Shown in pieces: positions 39,433 to 52,534 of a stretch of DNA of 64,000 nucleotides (positions are counted from its first letter, which is position 1; each line of letters starts with the position of its first letter). The notes under the pieces were generated by a model that was not told where the DNA came from, made no database searches, and worked only from the letters and a program-made list of their open reading frames with translations. The position numbers were made by a program, and so were the translations under genes. Origin of the DNA: Vitrella brassicaformis CCMP3155 (lineage: Eukaryota; Protista; Chromerida); assembly GCA_001179505.1 (NCBI GenBank), contig CDMY01000468.1, positions 6,649 to 70,648 on the forward strand. Reading direction: 5' to 3'.

Positions 39433-39958
39433 CAGTGGTGACAGTGCTGCATCCTTCTCTTCTGCTTTCCTTCGTCCCTCCGACCGATCTCTTTTGTCAG
39501 GTCAGATCTTTGTCAGCTCAGACGTCAATGAAGGCCCGGCTCTCTCATCCACACAAACGTGCATTGCTCAGAGGCCCGAAGGAAGCGGAAAATCCATCGA
39601 TTTCTGCAGATTGCTAGGGTGCTCCCTGAAACCGCTGCCGCAGATCTCGCTTGCCATCAGCGGCCAAGGCCGGCCGACGATGGAGCTGGTGACCCAGATC
39701 CGCCTGACGACACGGATGCGTGTGCGGCTGCAGCGAGAGGTCAGCCTGCTTGAGAAGCGAGCCGGCACGTCCATGAGCCGGGGATCGCCGCCCCCAAGCT
39801 CAGGAACCGACGGGTGTGGGAAAAAACGGATGATGAGCGACGACGAGCTGAGAGAATACCTCAGTGAGTGGGCGAGAGAGGAGGGAGGCTCACGGCCGCC
39901 CTGTGTGAGATCAGAGTTTGCCAGTGGCCGGCTCACAGCGTGTTTGTCTTCCGTTTGA
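39423..39958 (+). CDS. Possible small hypothetical protein, divergent from the upstream gene
   Basis: Repeat-free ORF MSNSGDSAASF..KRMMSDDELREYLSEW; no homology recognised. Confidence 0.3.
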
Positions 39959-40348
39959 TCGGCTGCGAAGAGGGGAGTGTTCTGCTGATGACCGGCTGAC
40001 TGACTGACAGAGGCTTATCAATGGATGTGGGGTGTCTGTCGGTCGTCATACGTGTGTGTGAGAGTGCGAGCGGGCGTGGGGGTGTGATGATCTGTGTGTG
40101 TGTGTGTACGTCTGATTGATGTATGGCTCACTCTTTTCCTTTGCCCATCAAACACGGCCTTCATTCATTCTTCTGGTCCATCAACTAACGTACACACAGG
40201 TCAGTCACGCCATGCATCACTCACCAGACATTCGCAGCAGGCGCCTGTCTGTCTGTGTCTGTCTCCCCTCCTGCTGACCCTCAACCACACCACCACACGT
40301 GCAGCCCTCTACCGTGGACAATCGACACACTTACGATAAAGCCCCCGA

Positions 40349-41628
40349 TCACATTATGGTGCATCTCCTCGTGTTGGCCGTCGCTCGCCCGTCGTCGCTG
40401 GCTGTCGCTTGCCTGTGCTCATTCTCCCCGCGCCACACCTTGCGACACAGGTGATCCCCGAGCACACTCGTCACGATAGTGCGTGTCTTGTCGTGGGGGG
40501 CCGACTCGGTCGTTAAGATATCCACATGAATCACTGCCATGTGGATCAGCTGACTCACTGCCATGTGCCCCTCGCCCATCGCCTCACTGCCCAGCACCAC
40601 CAGCCGCTCATGCCGTCCCAGCTCCTTCTTCTTGTCGAAGACGGCCGCCCCCGCCCCCCACTGTGCCGCATCGCTTGGAGAGGCCGCCAGCACCTCACAC
40701 ACACGCCGGGATGCAGCAGAAGGATGGCGCCAAGACCGCCAGGACCTGATGCGGCAAATGTAGTGGTCGCGCTTGAGCCAGCCGAAAAGGACGAACGAAT
40801 GCCACCATGGAGGTGTAGGTGGGGTACGTCGAGGGCTCCAGCTGTGTGCGCGGGTCGGCGGGATCGAATCTGTCGTGAGGGAAAAAGAGGGGGCTCAGCT
40901 CGGTGAGGAGGGTGGGGGCGGAACGGCAATTGGCCCGGGGGGGGCGAAGGATGCCGTTGCCGTCCATCAGCTGGCTATGCTGGCCTCTGTGACTCACAGT
41001 GACCCCCCAGCTGAGTATCTTCCACTGCCGGACAGCCTCCGTCTCGCCGATGAAGGCCGCCCGGCTGTTAAAGACGCCGAAGCTCTCATCACGCAGCACC
41101 ACAATCCTCCGTCTCAGCAAGTACAGCATCTCCAACACTGGCCGCCATCCGTCCCAGTTGCCGCCCCTCTCAAGGATGAAGAGCCGACGTGTGGTGGCCA
41201 CTATGATGGACACACTCTGGGTCAGCTGAGGCATCGGCACCTCCACCAGGCCGCCAAAGATGGCCTCCACCACGACGGGCAGCAGTCGGGTGAGAATGGG
41301 CAGGATGACGGCGGCGGTGAATTGGGTGGGATGGGCGTCGATGAGGGCCTCCAGCTGTGAGTAGCTGCTGACGTACTCGGCAACTGTGGGCACTGCCTCC
41401 TCAGGCACATCAGCGGCACTGATAAGGGGATCATGCTGATGCTGCTGACTGCCGCACGACACACGGCTGGCACCTGTAACACAATCACACGCACACACAC
41501 AGACCTAGTTGTGGCTGCACGATTGTCCCTTCTGCAGCGATGCCGCCCCCACCATCAGCAGCTGCAACCGACGCAGCGGATGACGATACCCTAGACGTGG
41601 GAGGGCCGTCACGAGCAGCACTCGACAT
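40349..41628 (-). CDS. Lineage-expanded hypothetical protein, possibly frameshifted near 40.7 kb
   Basis: MSSAARDGPP exon, then a long exon (VPTVAEYVSSYSQLEALIDAHP..RRLFILERGGNWDGWRPVLEMLYLL), continuing in another frame (AVFDKKKELGRHERLVVLGSE). Confidence 0.6.
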
Positions 41629-41829
41629 CTGCAAGAAACCAGTGAGACCACTCGCTGTTTGATTGTTCTCCCTCCCCGCCGCACTTACAGATCTGTCACA
41701 AAACACACAGAGGAACCACACAGACTGCCACGGGATCACGCAGAACCACATAAATCGAACAGGTGCAGCACAAACATGACAGCTGGAGGGCTCGAACCCA
41801 CGTGTCGTCGAAGCGCACCACAAACGAAA

Positions 41830-41911
41830 CGTTGGCTGCAGGATTCGAACCTGCGCGGGCATAACCCACCAGATTAGCAGTCTAGCGCCTTAACCACTCG
41901 GCCAAACCAAC
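41830..41911 (-). tRNA. tRNA-Ser (anticodon GCT), long variable arm, no intron
   Basis: Minus strand GTTGGTTTGGCCGAGTGGTTAAGGCG-CTAGA-CTGCTAA-TCTGG-TGGGTTATGCCCGC-GCAGGTTCGAATCCTGC-AGCCAAC-G folds into a cloverleaf with A and B boxes. Confidence 0.95.
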
Positions 41912-42338
41912 CGCTCCCACCAACGTGTTCCCTCTTCACACCACTGAGTGTGGTTCCCGGTGTGTGTCCGAGCAAGGTTGACTCCAACTCATTCGACTGA
42001 GAGAGGCGCAGACAGGCAGACAGGCAGACAGACAGACAGACACTGGCACATCGGATGGCAAGCAGAATATGCGCCGTGCGTGTGTAAAGGGGCGTTGATC
42101 ATCATTTCATTTGATTGGTAGCGCGGAGGACTGTCATGACAGACGCAGACATCGATGCATCGGTCTGGCCGATTCCCGGTCTGTCTGGCTGCGTCATTGC
42201 CTATTTAGAGCGTTAAGACACGAACACAGCATACAACACGCACGCACACACACACCATTCATGGGAACGCATGCATGGGCTCACAATGGTGATTGAGTGT
42301 AGCTATGGCTAGTGCTCTTTGCAATAGCTGGCCTGGCT

Positions 42339-42369
<31 letters not shown>

Positions 42370-42779
42370 TGCATTAAGAGTGGCTGCATTAGAGCTGGAT
42401 GGATAGATGTAGGGGTCATTCATGTGTGCCAGTGGACACACAAGCAGACGACACAGACACACAGGCACACAGACAGACGACGCACGGCACCGGACGGACG
42501 GACATGGATAAAAAACATACATGTCATGATAGATATGGACATACACACGAGTATGCAAGCAACGTAGTATGGAGCCTTGATGGATTATGGAAGGATCCCT
42601 CTGCTCCCCTCCCTCCCTCCCTCCCTCCCCTCTCTGTGCGTGGTCGGTGTGGACGGAACTCTCTCGTCAATTCCATCTCCCTCTCATACACACGGCACCG
42701 ACAAAACAAGACGTCACGGCAATCGTCCGTCCGTCCATCCGTCCGCCTGTCTGTCTGTCTGTCTGTCTGTCCGTTCTTT

Positions 42780-43380
42780 CTATCTGAGTGAAGGATTGTA
42801 CAGGTGGACGTACTCGTCATAGGTCAGAGAGGCCTTCGCGCTCTCGTACCGGGTCACCTGGAGGCGCAATCAATCAACCACCGACACACACGAAGACATC
42901 ACGGAGGTGTGGGCGGTGATTGGGCGGACACACACCTGCAAAGTGCTCATCATGGCGCCGTCGATCGGCCCCCTATACCCAGCCTTGCGAATCTGCACAC
43001 AGCACCCCACACACAGCACCACACACGCAGCACACGTGTGATGCCGAGCCGTTTCCACACACACACACATCGATCATCGGGCATGCGAGCAGACAGACGT
43101 ACCAGCTCACGAATGGCGACTTCCTTGCTCATGTTGTGCTCTAGCGGCACCTCAGGCAAATACGTCGCTGACAACCTGCCAATCGAAATCGATACACACG
43201 GTAGGTATGCATCTTGGTCTCTCTCTCTCTGTGGGTCGGTGGGTGGGTGGGTGGGTGTGTGGGTGTGTGTGCCTACAGGGCTCCATTGTGCGGGTCGGGG
43301 AAGCGAATCAGCACACCATGCACACCAATCACCCAATCATCGGCGTCAACACACGACTGCTCACATCGACAGACACACAG

Positions 43381-43421
<41 letters not shown>

Positions 43422-44907
43422 CGCTGACGGACGATGAGCTGAGACCCCGATCGACCCCTCATCCCCCACACATACGCACCTGGAAGCGGCACAGCAGTGA
43501 TATTTTGCAAATGACGAGAGGGAGCTCGTCGTAGTGCAGCGGGGGGAACCTCTTGTCCTATAGCCACACACACACACACACACACACGGTGTACACAAGC
43601 ATCTAACGAACGGATCTCTCTCTCTTTCTCTCTCTCTTTCTCTTTCTCTCCTTGTCTGTCTGTCTAAGCGTACGCACCTCCCCTCACCTGCATGCCGCTC
43701 TTGATGGCGTACTCGCCCATTTTTTCGATCGGGATGGGGTCCAAACACCCAATACAGCCTTGATTCACGTTTGATTGATGCACATCACATCACATCACAC
43801 ATTCATCCACACACACACACACTGCTTACGATTGCACAGTGTGCGTCTGGCTGGCTGGCTGGCTGGCTGTCTTTCTGCAGCATCGGATCGGACCCACCCC
43901 TCAATTCGGTCGATGCGCGATCGAACGACAAGTGCTCGTGCCTGCACACACACACACACACACACAGATGGGGTGCTCTGTGTGTATTGATGGTGGGTGA
44001 GTCGATGCACGCGTAGCGCTAGGCGGGGCGGGTACCCTCTCCTTTTCTTGCACCAGGTCACGAACAGGGGACACTCAATCCTGCTCACATGGCATGGCGT
44101 ACACACACACACAGATGGATGGATGGATGGATGGTGTGTGTCGTGTAGGTTAGGTGTACCTAGCGTCAACAAACCGTTGCAGGTCCATTGGGATGACCGG
44201 ACCGTTGAGGGGCTCACCCTACACACACAGGCAAACAGACACACAAAGGCATCCGTCTGTCCATCTGCGTCTGTCTGTCCATCTCATCTGCGTTGCGTAC
44301 CCATCTGTCAGATGAGAGCGCCAGGCTCGGCCGCATGTCGTGGATGACCACGTCAAAGCAGTACGCACACATGTCCTGACTCGCGTCCAACTCGGCGCTC
44401 GACAGCCTGCACACCACACACCACACACACGATCTCTCTCTCTGTTCGTTCGTGTGTTGTGTGGCCAAACATAATACCCAAGGATGGGCGGCGAAGGTGC
44501 GCTGGCGGGCGTGAGATGCGAGAGGGGTGGGGGGGGAGGGGTGGACGCGACTACACCACAGAACAGAACAGACCACCGCACGACAGATACGTCACACACA
44601 CATGAGAGTGTTTGTTGCAGGGGAGGTTTGGTTTGCTCACTGGCTGCCCTTTGGCTGTTGGCATTGCTGCTGGCGTTGTTGTCGTTGGTGGAGTTGTTGA
44701 CCGTGACTGTCGTCGGCATGCTCGTGCTGACAATGCCGCCCTCAGCAGCAGGACACGAATCACGGTCTACCAACCTGCCGCGAAGGTTACATGACCGAGA
44801 ACACGACAGAGAGCCAATGGAATGACACACACACGCGTTCTCTCCATGCAGAACGACGCGCAACAGCGTCAGTGTGTCCGCACACCACAACGGACCTTCC
44901 TATGTCC

Positions 44908-44938
<31 letters not shown>

Positions 44939-45068
44939 CCTGCCTCTCTGCTGGTTTGGTTTGACTGACCTGACGTTCGAAGGTCGTCTTCTCGCCCGCG
45001 AGAAAGGGCCACAGAAGCAGCCCACCGACGGCTTGATCGTGAGTAGAGCCAACTAACCCAGGAACCAA
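42780..45068 (-). CDS. AMMECR1: AMMECR1-family protein, multi-exon
   Basis: Exons MCAYCFDVV, ECPLFVTW, GCIGCLDPI, DKRFPPL..ELP, SATYLPEVPLEHNMSKEVAIREL, RKAGYRG and TRYESAKASLTYDEY are the canonical AMMECR1 motifs. Start approximate. Confidence 0.88.
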
Positions 45069-45699
45069 CGTACTTACTGACGAGGGAGAGCTAACACAGG
45101 AGGGGTGAGAGGGGGGGCTGAACAGGTGGAAGCGCGAGAAACAACGAGGACGCCAATCAGCTAGCTATCCATTCACCCACCGGCAGCCGCCACTCTCACG
45201 GCTGCTGGCTGGCTGACAAGGCGACATTGGCGCTTTCTTCTTCTTTGTGCGAGCTCAGTTGCGAGCTTTGCATTTGAAAAAGGAGGGATTGTTCCAATGC
45301 AAGAGGGGATGAAAACCATGAGAATCGGACAGGAATGGCTATCTGGGGGCATTGATGTATGACATTGTGTGCTTATGTGTGATCGGCAAAAAAAAAAGAA
45401 ACAATTGGCTGACATTACAAATGCACGCCTGCCCCGACAGCGTCGATGAGGCCCCCGGGCTCGGATCGCTGGTGTGTGAGAAAGCAACAGAGCTGGCCAT
45501 CACAAACAGAGCTCGAGACCAGCTGCCGCTGCCGCGTACATCTCGGAGGACACCGCATTGCTGTTTCCGAAAGTGACGGTAGGGAGGGGGAGAAGGGGAG
45601 GGGGCGTGTACGGTGGTGGGGCGTGACGTGTTGCATGCGACCTCTCCTCGGCTGAGTAAGGTGTGTTTCAAGCTGTCTGTCTGTCCGGCAGGCGAGGGC

Positions 45700-45850
45700 G
45701 ACACGCTTAACCGATCGTCAGGATATAAAATGTAGGCAGAGATAGGCAGAGACCAGCAGAGACATGATCTGCAGGCACACCTGGTCTACACGGATGATAG
45801 GCAGAGAGAGACACGCTTAACCAACCGTCAGGATATAATTGTAAGCAGCG
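45700..45850. repeat. Two direct copies of a ~45-bp motif, ~110 bp apart
   Basis: gacacgcttaaccgatcgtcaggatataaaatgtaggcag vs gacacgcttaaccaaccgtcaggatataattgtaagcag; a weaker third copy (gatataaaatgcaggcagcg) at ~46820. Confidence 0.8.
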
Positions 45851-46069
45851 GCTGTACACAAGACGCCTCCCTTCTGCAACTGACGCACTTTCGTGCCACT
45901 CACTCTCTGCGTGCCTCCCTGTGGGCGTCATCGACCGACGCATGCGCAAGCAGCAACGAAGGGCGAACAGTCGACGTCGGGCTGGTGTGTTGCTCCTAAA
46001 AAGAGAAGGTGGACGCCACACATCAGTGTGGTGACGATGCACATCTCACACATCACCTCGCAATTCTGA

Positions 46070-46713
46070 CGCCTGGGTGGATGATGTGGTGGTCTTCTTC
46101 ACATTCGTCGGTTCCGGCATCGTCACATACAACAAAAGTTGAATACCAACAAATCTCTCGTGATGGGGGGCTCGGTCGTGGGGGAGGCGATCTCGCCTGC
46201 ACCAAAGCGCGCAGGCGATTGTGTTGATGTTCAGTGTGAATCCTCTGTACCTTAATGACGCCCTCAGAGGTACAGAGGGCACGGTTGGTCTGGCGCCCGT
46301 TGGTCGTAGGCGCAGTTCTCGCGCGTGGCCATGGCCATGGCCTTGAGCTTCTCCACTTGGCTGGTGGTGCGAATCCATCGGTTCAACTCGAATTCGTGGG
46401 GGGCGTCTCTCTCGTGATGTCGACGGGACGAGCCGCGAGGACGAGCTTGGCGACGCCTGGGTGTGTGATGGGCTGGTCTTTTTGACGTATGCTTGTTGCG
46501 GCATCGGTGGGTGGTCTTCTTCATGTACTTTGGTTCCGGCATTGTCACTCTCAACCAGGGACTTGATAACTTGTCAAGTTCGCCAAATGGGGGCCACGAG
46601 ATCGCCTGAAACCAAGCCAGCAAGCGATTCAATTGATGTTCACTGTGATGGTTTGTGCTCCTCTGTACCTGAGTGAGGCCATCCATCGGTCCTCGTGACC
46701 TCTGCAATGCTCC
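46070..46713. repeat. Degenerate tandem duplication (~440-bp offset) containing an interspersed repeat core
   Basis: ggtggtcttcttcacattcgtcggttccggcatcgtcac (~46090) vs ggtggtcttcttcatgtactttggttccggcattgtcac (~46510). The core 46583-46713 recurs at 62198-62332. Confidence 0.75.
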
Positions 46714-47024
46714 AAAAACGCCGAGCGACCTTCAGCAGACAGCCACCAACTCAATCGACCCGGGCCTTGAAGGGTTGCCGACGGCCAACGCGTTGAGTGG
46801 ATAATCACTTGCAGCCGATATAAAATGCAGGCAGCGATTTTTAGACGCCTGACGAGCAAAGACACACAGAAGACCAGCGAGTCACATCTTGAATGAATGT
46901 CTACTCATGTCTCACCTTCTCTCGTGCTCACTCTGATAGGGCGGGGCGTTGCGATGGCAGCTCCAGTCTGAAGATGCTGCAGATAAGACACGCAAGTGTA
47001 GCAGCTGCTGTGCCTCGGTCGCAG

Positions 47025-48163
47025 TCAGATGGTGTGATAGTACACGAAAGACTTATTTGACTCAGACACAAAGGGAAGCAAAGCCATATAGTGACGACAC
47101 GCACCCCCAAAACCGCAGATTCTTATCGAAAAAGTCGCAAGAACGCATCCCATGCCCACTGGATCGCTGTGCCGCAACCGCACTAGCACTGCATTCACAA
47201 CACCAGAGAAGCGAAAGACATAAATCATTCGAATTCGTCGTACTCGTAAGCGCTCGCTTACATTCGCCAAATCCACAATATCGCTCTCGTCCCACACCCT
47301 TGCCTCGCCACGTTCAAGACCATGTCCTTGGTCGTCAGATGATGACGTCTCCTCTGCACGGACACGGACGTCCATTCGTGTGTCAATTCTGGCGAAACGG
47401 GCACGCATGTATGCGCTCACCAGAACCTTCTCTCCCACTCAGGATGGCGTCTAAAGTTATTCTATGTTAGGATGGGCGGCCGTACACGCAGTAGGGGGCG
47501 ATGGGGGGCATCGATCTCGTCATCTCTTGGACAAGGGCATCGGCGTACGCTGCGGTGTAGAAGTCTTCGGCGGGGTCGTTCAGCGCCCTGCACATGAAGC
47601 AGACAACAGACAACACATAGTAGCTTCAAAGGCAGCTATGTTGTGAGGTGTGCTTGTACCTATCGATGACGAGACGGGCACGATCCGCCCGTCGCTGCCG
47701 CGCGACGCGCCGGCGGTGGGCCCACACCTCGGCCGCAAACTCACGGCAGACTGTTCATGCAGCAGGCACAAGAGACATTTGAGATGCACATATTCACTCA
47801 CTGGCTGACGATCTTACCCACAGCCGCTTCATCGGCGACATGTCGCAAGATGTTCCACAACAGCTCCCGCGGAATCGCTGAAAACCCGCGGTCTGCTGAC
47901 TGGGCGGGTGCAGCAGCAGCACCAGCAGACGACCCATCCCCCTCCTCGCCAATCTGGGCAGGCGGCTGCTGGGTCTTGCCGTCTCGTCCATTGGCATCTT
48001 CTGCTGCCGGTGGTGGCGCGCTGGTCTCCTCCTCTGCGCCATTGTTGTCCTCCTCCGGCCCTGCTTCTCCCTCTTGCCCGTGTTGCTGCTCCTGCTCCTG
48101 CTTGCGCGCCTTAGCGGTGGTCACATCGGCCGTGTTGAGCTCTGCGGTGGCGCTGGCGACCAC
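47025..48163 (-). CDS. Hypothetical protein with acidic low-complexity N-terminus and F-box-like segment
   Basis: MVASATAELN..FSAIPRELLWNILRHVADE (resembles F-box LPxEllxxIf), then probable exons (ALNDPAEDFYTAAYADALVQEM). 3' end uncertain. Confidence 0.4.
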
Positions 48164-49799
48164 ATCTGTACAGAGCCATCAGTTCATCTGCACGTACAAA
48201 CACGGCAAGAGGAGGCATCTGAGCACACCCATGGCAACGAAATGCACCATGCATTCATCCCTACACTTCATCCACACACCACACCATCACCACACCCAAG
48301 AGACATGACGCACAAGGCCACGCTCATCTGTATTTACCTGACGGAGTCGCTTTGGGGGAAAAGAAGGCGCCTGGGCACTTGGCTGACGCCAGGCAGGCGC
48401 CAGCCGCTCCGCAGAAGGCAGGGCGCCAGCAAAGGAGGCCTCGCCCGGGGCACGGCGGTGGAGGAAAAAAGTGGCGGATGAAATCCGGACGAGTTGCGAA
48501 GGGTATAGGGAGATGCGGCGGACAACACAAGCCAACAACCAGCCGAAAAGAAAAAGAAACGGAGGAGATGTGGCCGAAACAAGGCTGGAAAGCCGAACGC
48601 GCTCGAAAACGAAAGAAACTGCTGCAAGTTCGTAAATCATTGTTGTCTCCGTCTCAGAGCGCTCGCAAAAATATATCTCGCCGCATTTGATTCTCGCTTT
48701 CTGCGGACAACGGGAGGCCAGTACTGGCAGACAGAGGCAGAGACGATGGCTGCTGCCAGAAGAAGCCATACAGATTGCGTGCGAGATCCGCTCACTTTTC
48801 TTTTTCGTCGGTTTGGTCGGATAGAGGTCTGACGTCTGAGATGCGATGCGCCTGTGTGGGTGCAGAGGCTCTTCATTTGACCTCTGGTGGATCCTCAGCG
48901 AAGCTCCAAGTATCCCACCAGCCAGCCTTGTGGACCGGAACGGCTTGCATTTCTTGTGTGTTGACCTTTGCAGTGGATGGATTTCACGCCATGTCTGCCG
49001 CACACACACGAACACACTGTTACTGTTACTGCACTGCTTAGCAGCTTGGCAGAAAATCTCGTCCCTCTACCAAACAATCAGACAGTCAAGACAGACAGAC
49101 AGCAGACAGGCAATCCATCAGTGTGTGTACGCAGACAGACAGCCAGGCGGACAGAGCAAAAACAGAACACACAACACAACACATGACACTACACACATCA
49201 CAGCACATCACAGCACAAATCACATGCATGGACCTCATGAAGGGCACAAACCACACATTCAATCACAATCACACCAACGTGCACGCAGCCACTCAGACGT
49301 CGTCATATCATTGGATGGGGAGGGGAGGGGAGCGGGGAAGAACCACTCCACTACCCTCCCCAGCCCACCCCACCAGGGCCCTCTGCTGGCCGTGGTCGTG
49401 GCTGTGGCTGTGTGCTGCTGGCTCTCGGCATGTGTGTGGCCGCTGACGGGGGGCGGGACGTCCTCCGGGGCGTCTAGCTGGTCTGAGGGCGAGAGGAGGT
49501 AGCATGAGGGCGGGAAGCACGCCTTGGAGGACGTGACGGGCGCCTCCAACTGATCAACAGGTACAGAGACATACAGCGAGAACGACTGCAGATTGTCGCG
49601 TGTCTGTCTGACGGTATGGTCGCAAGTTCTGCTGCTCACCGTTTGTGACACGTCGAGTTTGCCGAGGATGGTGTTGCTCACCTGGAGTGGGGGCTCGGCG
49701 GTGGCTGGGTCGGGCTGCGGCACCACGCCGGTGGAGCTGGCCAGGTCGGCCGGCAGGTCGTAGTCGATGTCAGGATTGACAAAGCTCGCCACCTCGATC

Positions 49800-52230
49800 T
49801 CATTCTGACCAGACACACACATGCACGGAACCAGTGGGATCCACTCTTGCGGCCCGTCCCGTCCACCCTCCCCCCCTCTCCCTTCTCATCCCCCCTCTCA
49901 CCAGCCTGTCGCTCGCGCCCTCATGGTCTGCCGCACGGGACACCATCCCCACGCCCATCCCCCCGGTCACCTCTCCCGGCTTCTCACTCGGCATCGTCTG
50001 CCCTATCAGCTCGGCGATGATGATCCCCAACGCACACTCGTCGAGCTCCACCCGCCGCAGCTGCAGCAGCGCGAAAATGGCAGGCGTGAAGCCCGCCAGG
50101 TCGAGGGCCAGCTCGATGTTGGGCCGCTCGCGATCGAAGAGCCGCAGCGCGTAGGCGGCCTGGCCGGCCGCCCACGGCGACGAGGGCGTGGGGCCGCCGT
50201 GGTGGCCGCTGGCGGTGCCCGGGATGGCTGCGGGGCTGGTGGTGTAGAGCTGCTCGTGCGCCTGCTGCTTGGTCATGGGATCGTAGTGGTGCGCGGCCCG
50301 CCACATGACCTGTGCGATGGAGAGTCGGATCTCTGCACGCAGCGAGGGCTGCTGGGGCAGCGGGGCCTTCTCGAGGTAGAGCCGGATGAGCGTGTGGACG
50401 AAGCAGCTGTTGATGGTGCTCTCGAATTCGACCAGCTTGCTTTCCAACAGCAGGCCCAGGATCTGGCCCAGCTTGTGCTCGATGTCCTCGTTGAGCAACG
50501 CACTCGCACCTTCGGGCGTGAAGTGCCCGATGAAGATGCTCAGCGTCGTCAGGGCCTGCCGCAGCGGGAGCGGCTCCGCGAGGGCCTCGACCGACGGCTG
50601 CACGCAGGCCGCGTACTCGGAGAGCGGCGACAGGGTCAGGTCGTGGTCGAAGTCCCTCTCAAGCGTCATGTCGAGCGTCATGTCAGGACGGCTGCCCAGC
50701 AGACGGCCGATCACACGCAACGCTGAACACAGGTGAGAGAGAGAGAGAGAGGGAGATGTGTGTGTGTGTGTGTGTGTGAGTTGGTCATATCTACCGAGTG
50801 GCAGGTGTCCGCAGAGGTCTCCAGTTCTGGCGGCGGATTCGACGTCCACGTTGGGGCAGAGCTGCCGCAGCAGCCGGACAGAGTTGGTGCGGTCCAGCTC
50901 ACCCAGGTGGATGTGCCTCGGAACCAACGGACACTTCTCGGGCAAATCTGCACACACACACACACACACACAGATGAGACGCATGCAAATGCGTGTTATC
51001 CCTGTGTCAGTAGGTTTGTCTATCTGTCTGACCGCCAGGTTTGATGATTCGTGGCGATGTGAGCAGGGTCTTGAGGTGCGGGCATGAGTCCGGCATACAC
51101 CGCACACACACAGACCCTTGGGGCGCACCGTTATCGAAAACGATGAGCCTCTTGCCGCTGGCGGTTCCCGGGGTGGCTGCGATGGGACCGGCTGGTTGCG
51201 GTGGCGCCTGTTGCGTGTCGAGCATGTGCTGTGTGGGTGTGCGGAAAAGATCGGCGATGCCGCCCCCGATGTTGACGAGCGAGCGGATGGGCGTTATGCC
51301 GGACAGACAACGGAGCACCTGAGACCTGACGACATGCAGACAGACAGACAGACAAGGAGACATCGCAGAAAGCACCACTTCACGCCACATATTTATACCA
51401 GTCGACGCACAGCCCCGTCGGGAGTAATGACAAGAGCACCTCCGAGTGGTCGGCAGCCGCCGGCAGCAACACAAACTTGTTCGACTGTCAATCAAAAGAC
51501 ACATACAACGCATCACATCACAATGATCACAATGAGGCCATGCCCCCTCCTCCCTCCCTCCCTCGCACACACGTGTGTGTGAGAGGTGTGTACTGCACAT
51601 ACCTCTTGGTGGGGCGAGGGGATCTCCGCCGAGTGTCTGACGAGCCAGTTGATGGAGTTGCCGACCAACAACGAGTCGTAGAAGGCGTAGACGAACTTGC
51701 GGGCGGCCGTGTCAGCCACGTGCAGAGCGCCCGCATCCAAACTGACCGGCCGATCCACACACACACACACACACGACTGCTGTCTATGTCTTGTTTCCGT
51801 CGTGTGGCGGTGGTGGTGATTACAATGATGCGGAGGCGATGGCTCGCGAGTTGCAGCTGCTGAGCACCACGCCCTGGCATGACGGGCCGCGCTGAACAAA
51901 ACTCCACGGGCCCGGAGACCTGACACCCAACACACCAACACACAACACAACACACACATGGGGCCCATTCTGACAACTCACTCTATCTCACCTGAACAGG
52001 TCGCAGAGTGAGTCGGCCTGCAGTTCGGCAGCACGTGGGTCGCCCTCGGCCACATCCTCGTTGATCTCGGCAGCACGCGGGTCGCCCTCACACGGGGCCG
52101 TGTTGAGCCAATCCAACCAGTTGACCACCTGACAGCAGTGGTGGAGATGCACAGATGGACGGACGGACGAATGGACGGCGCAGAGGTGTGTGTTTGTGCG
52201 TGTGTGTGAACCTGGGAGAGTGTCTCTTGT
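49800..52230 (-). CDS. Most complete NLR-like copy: W2 tail, C-terminal CHAT half, ATG2-like fragment, NB-ARC (Walker B onward), winged helix, 'LRLFDRERPNI' helical region
   Basis: VVLSSCNS; AARKFVYAFYDSLL; KFVLLP; PIRSLVNIGGGIADL; RLIVFDN; CPHLKTLLTS; LGELDRTNSVRLL; CGHLPLALRVIGRLL; LSIFIGHF; VHTLIRLY; LFDRERPNI. Confidence 0.65.
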
Positions 52231-52234
52231 TTGC

Positions 52235-52534
52235 NNNNNNNNNNNNNNNNNNNNNNNNNNNNNNNNNNNNNNNNNNNNNNNNNNNNNNNNNNNNNNNNNN
52301 NNNNNNNNNNNNNNNNNNNNNNNNNNNNNNNNNNNNNNNNNNNNNNNNNNNNNNNNNNNNNNNNNNNNNNNNNNNNNNNNNNNNNNNNNNNNNNNNNNNN
52401 NNNNNNNNNNNNNNNNNNNNNNNNNNNNNNNNNNNNNNNNNNNNNNNNNNNNNNNNNNNNNNNNNNNNNNNNNNNNNNNNNNNNNNNNNNNNNNNNNNNN
52501 NNNNNNNNNNNNNNNNNNNNNNNNNNNNNNNNNN
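52235..52534. other. Assembly gap (300 N) at a junction between tandem copies
   Basis: N run. Confidence 1.

Noticed and set aside
45827-45846. gtcaggatataattgtaag resembles an Agrobacterium T-DNA border core (CAGGATATATT)
   Set aside because: The match is only partial, lacks the rest of the 25-bp border and has no T-DNA context; it is part of a local direct repeat.
48287-49502. ORFs between the F-box-like gene and the NLR array
   Set aside because: Low-complexity or microsatellite-derived, with no consistent exon structure or recognisable motif.
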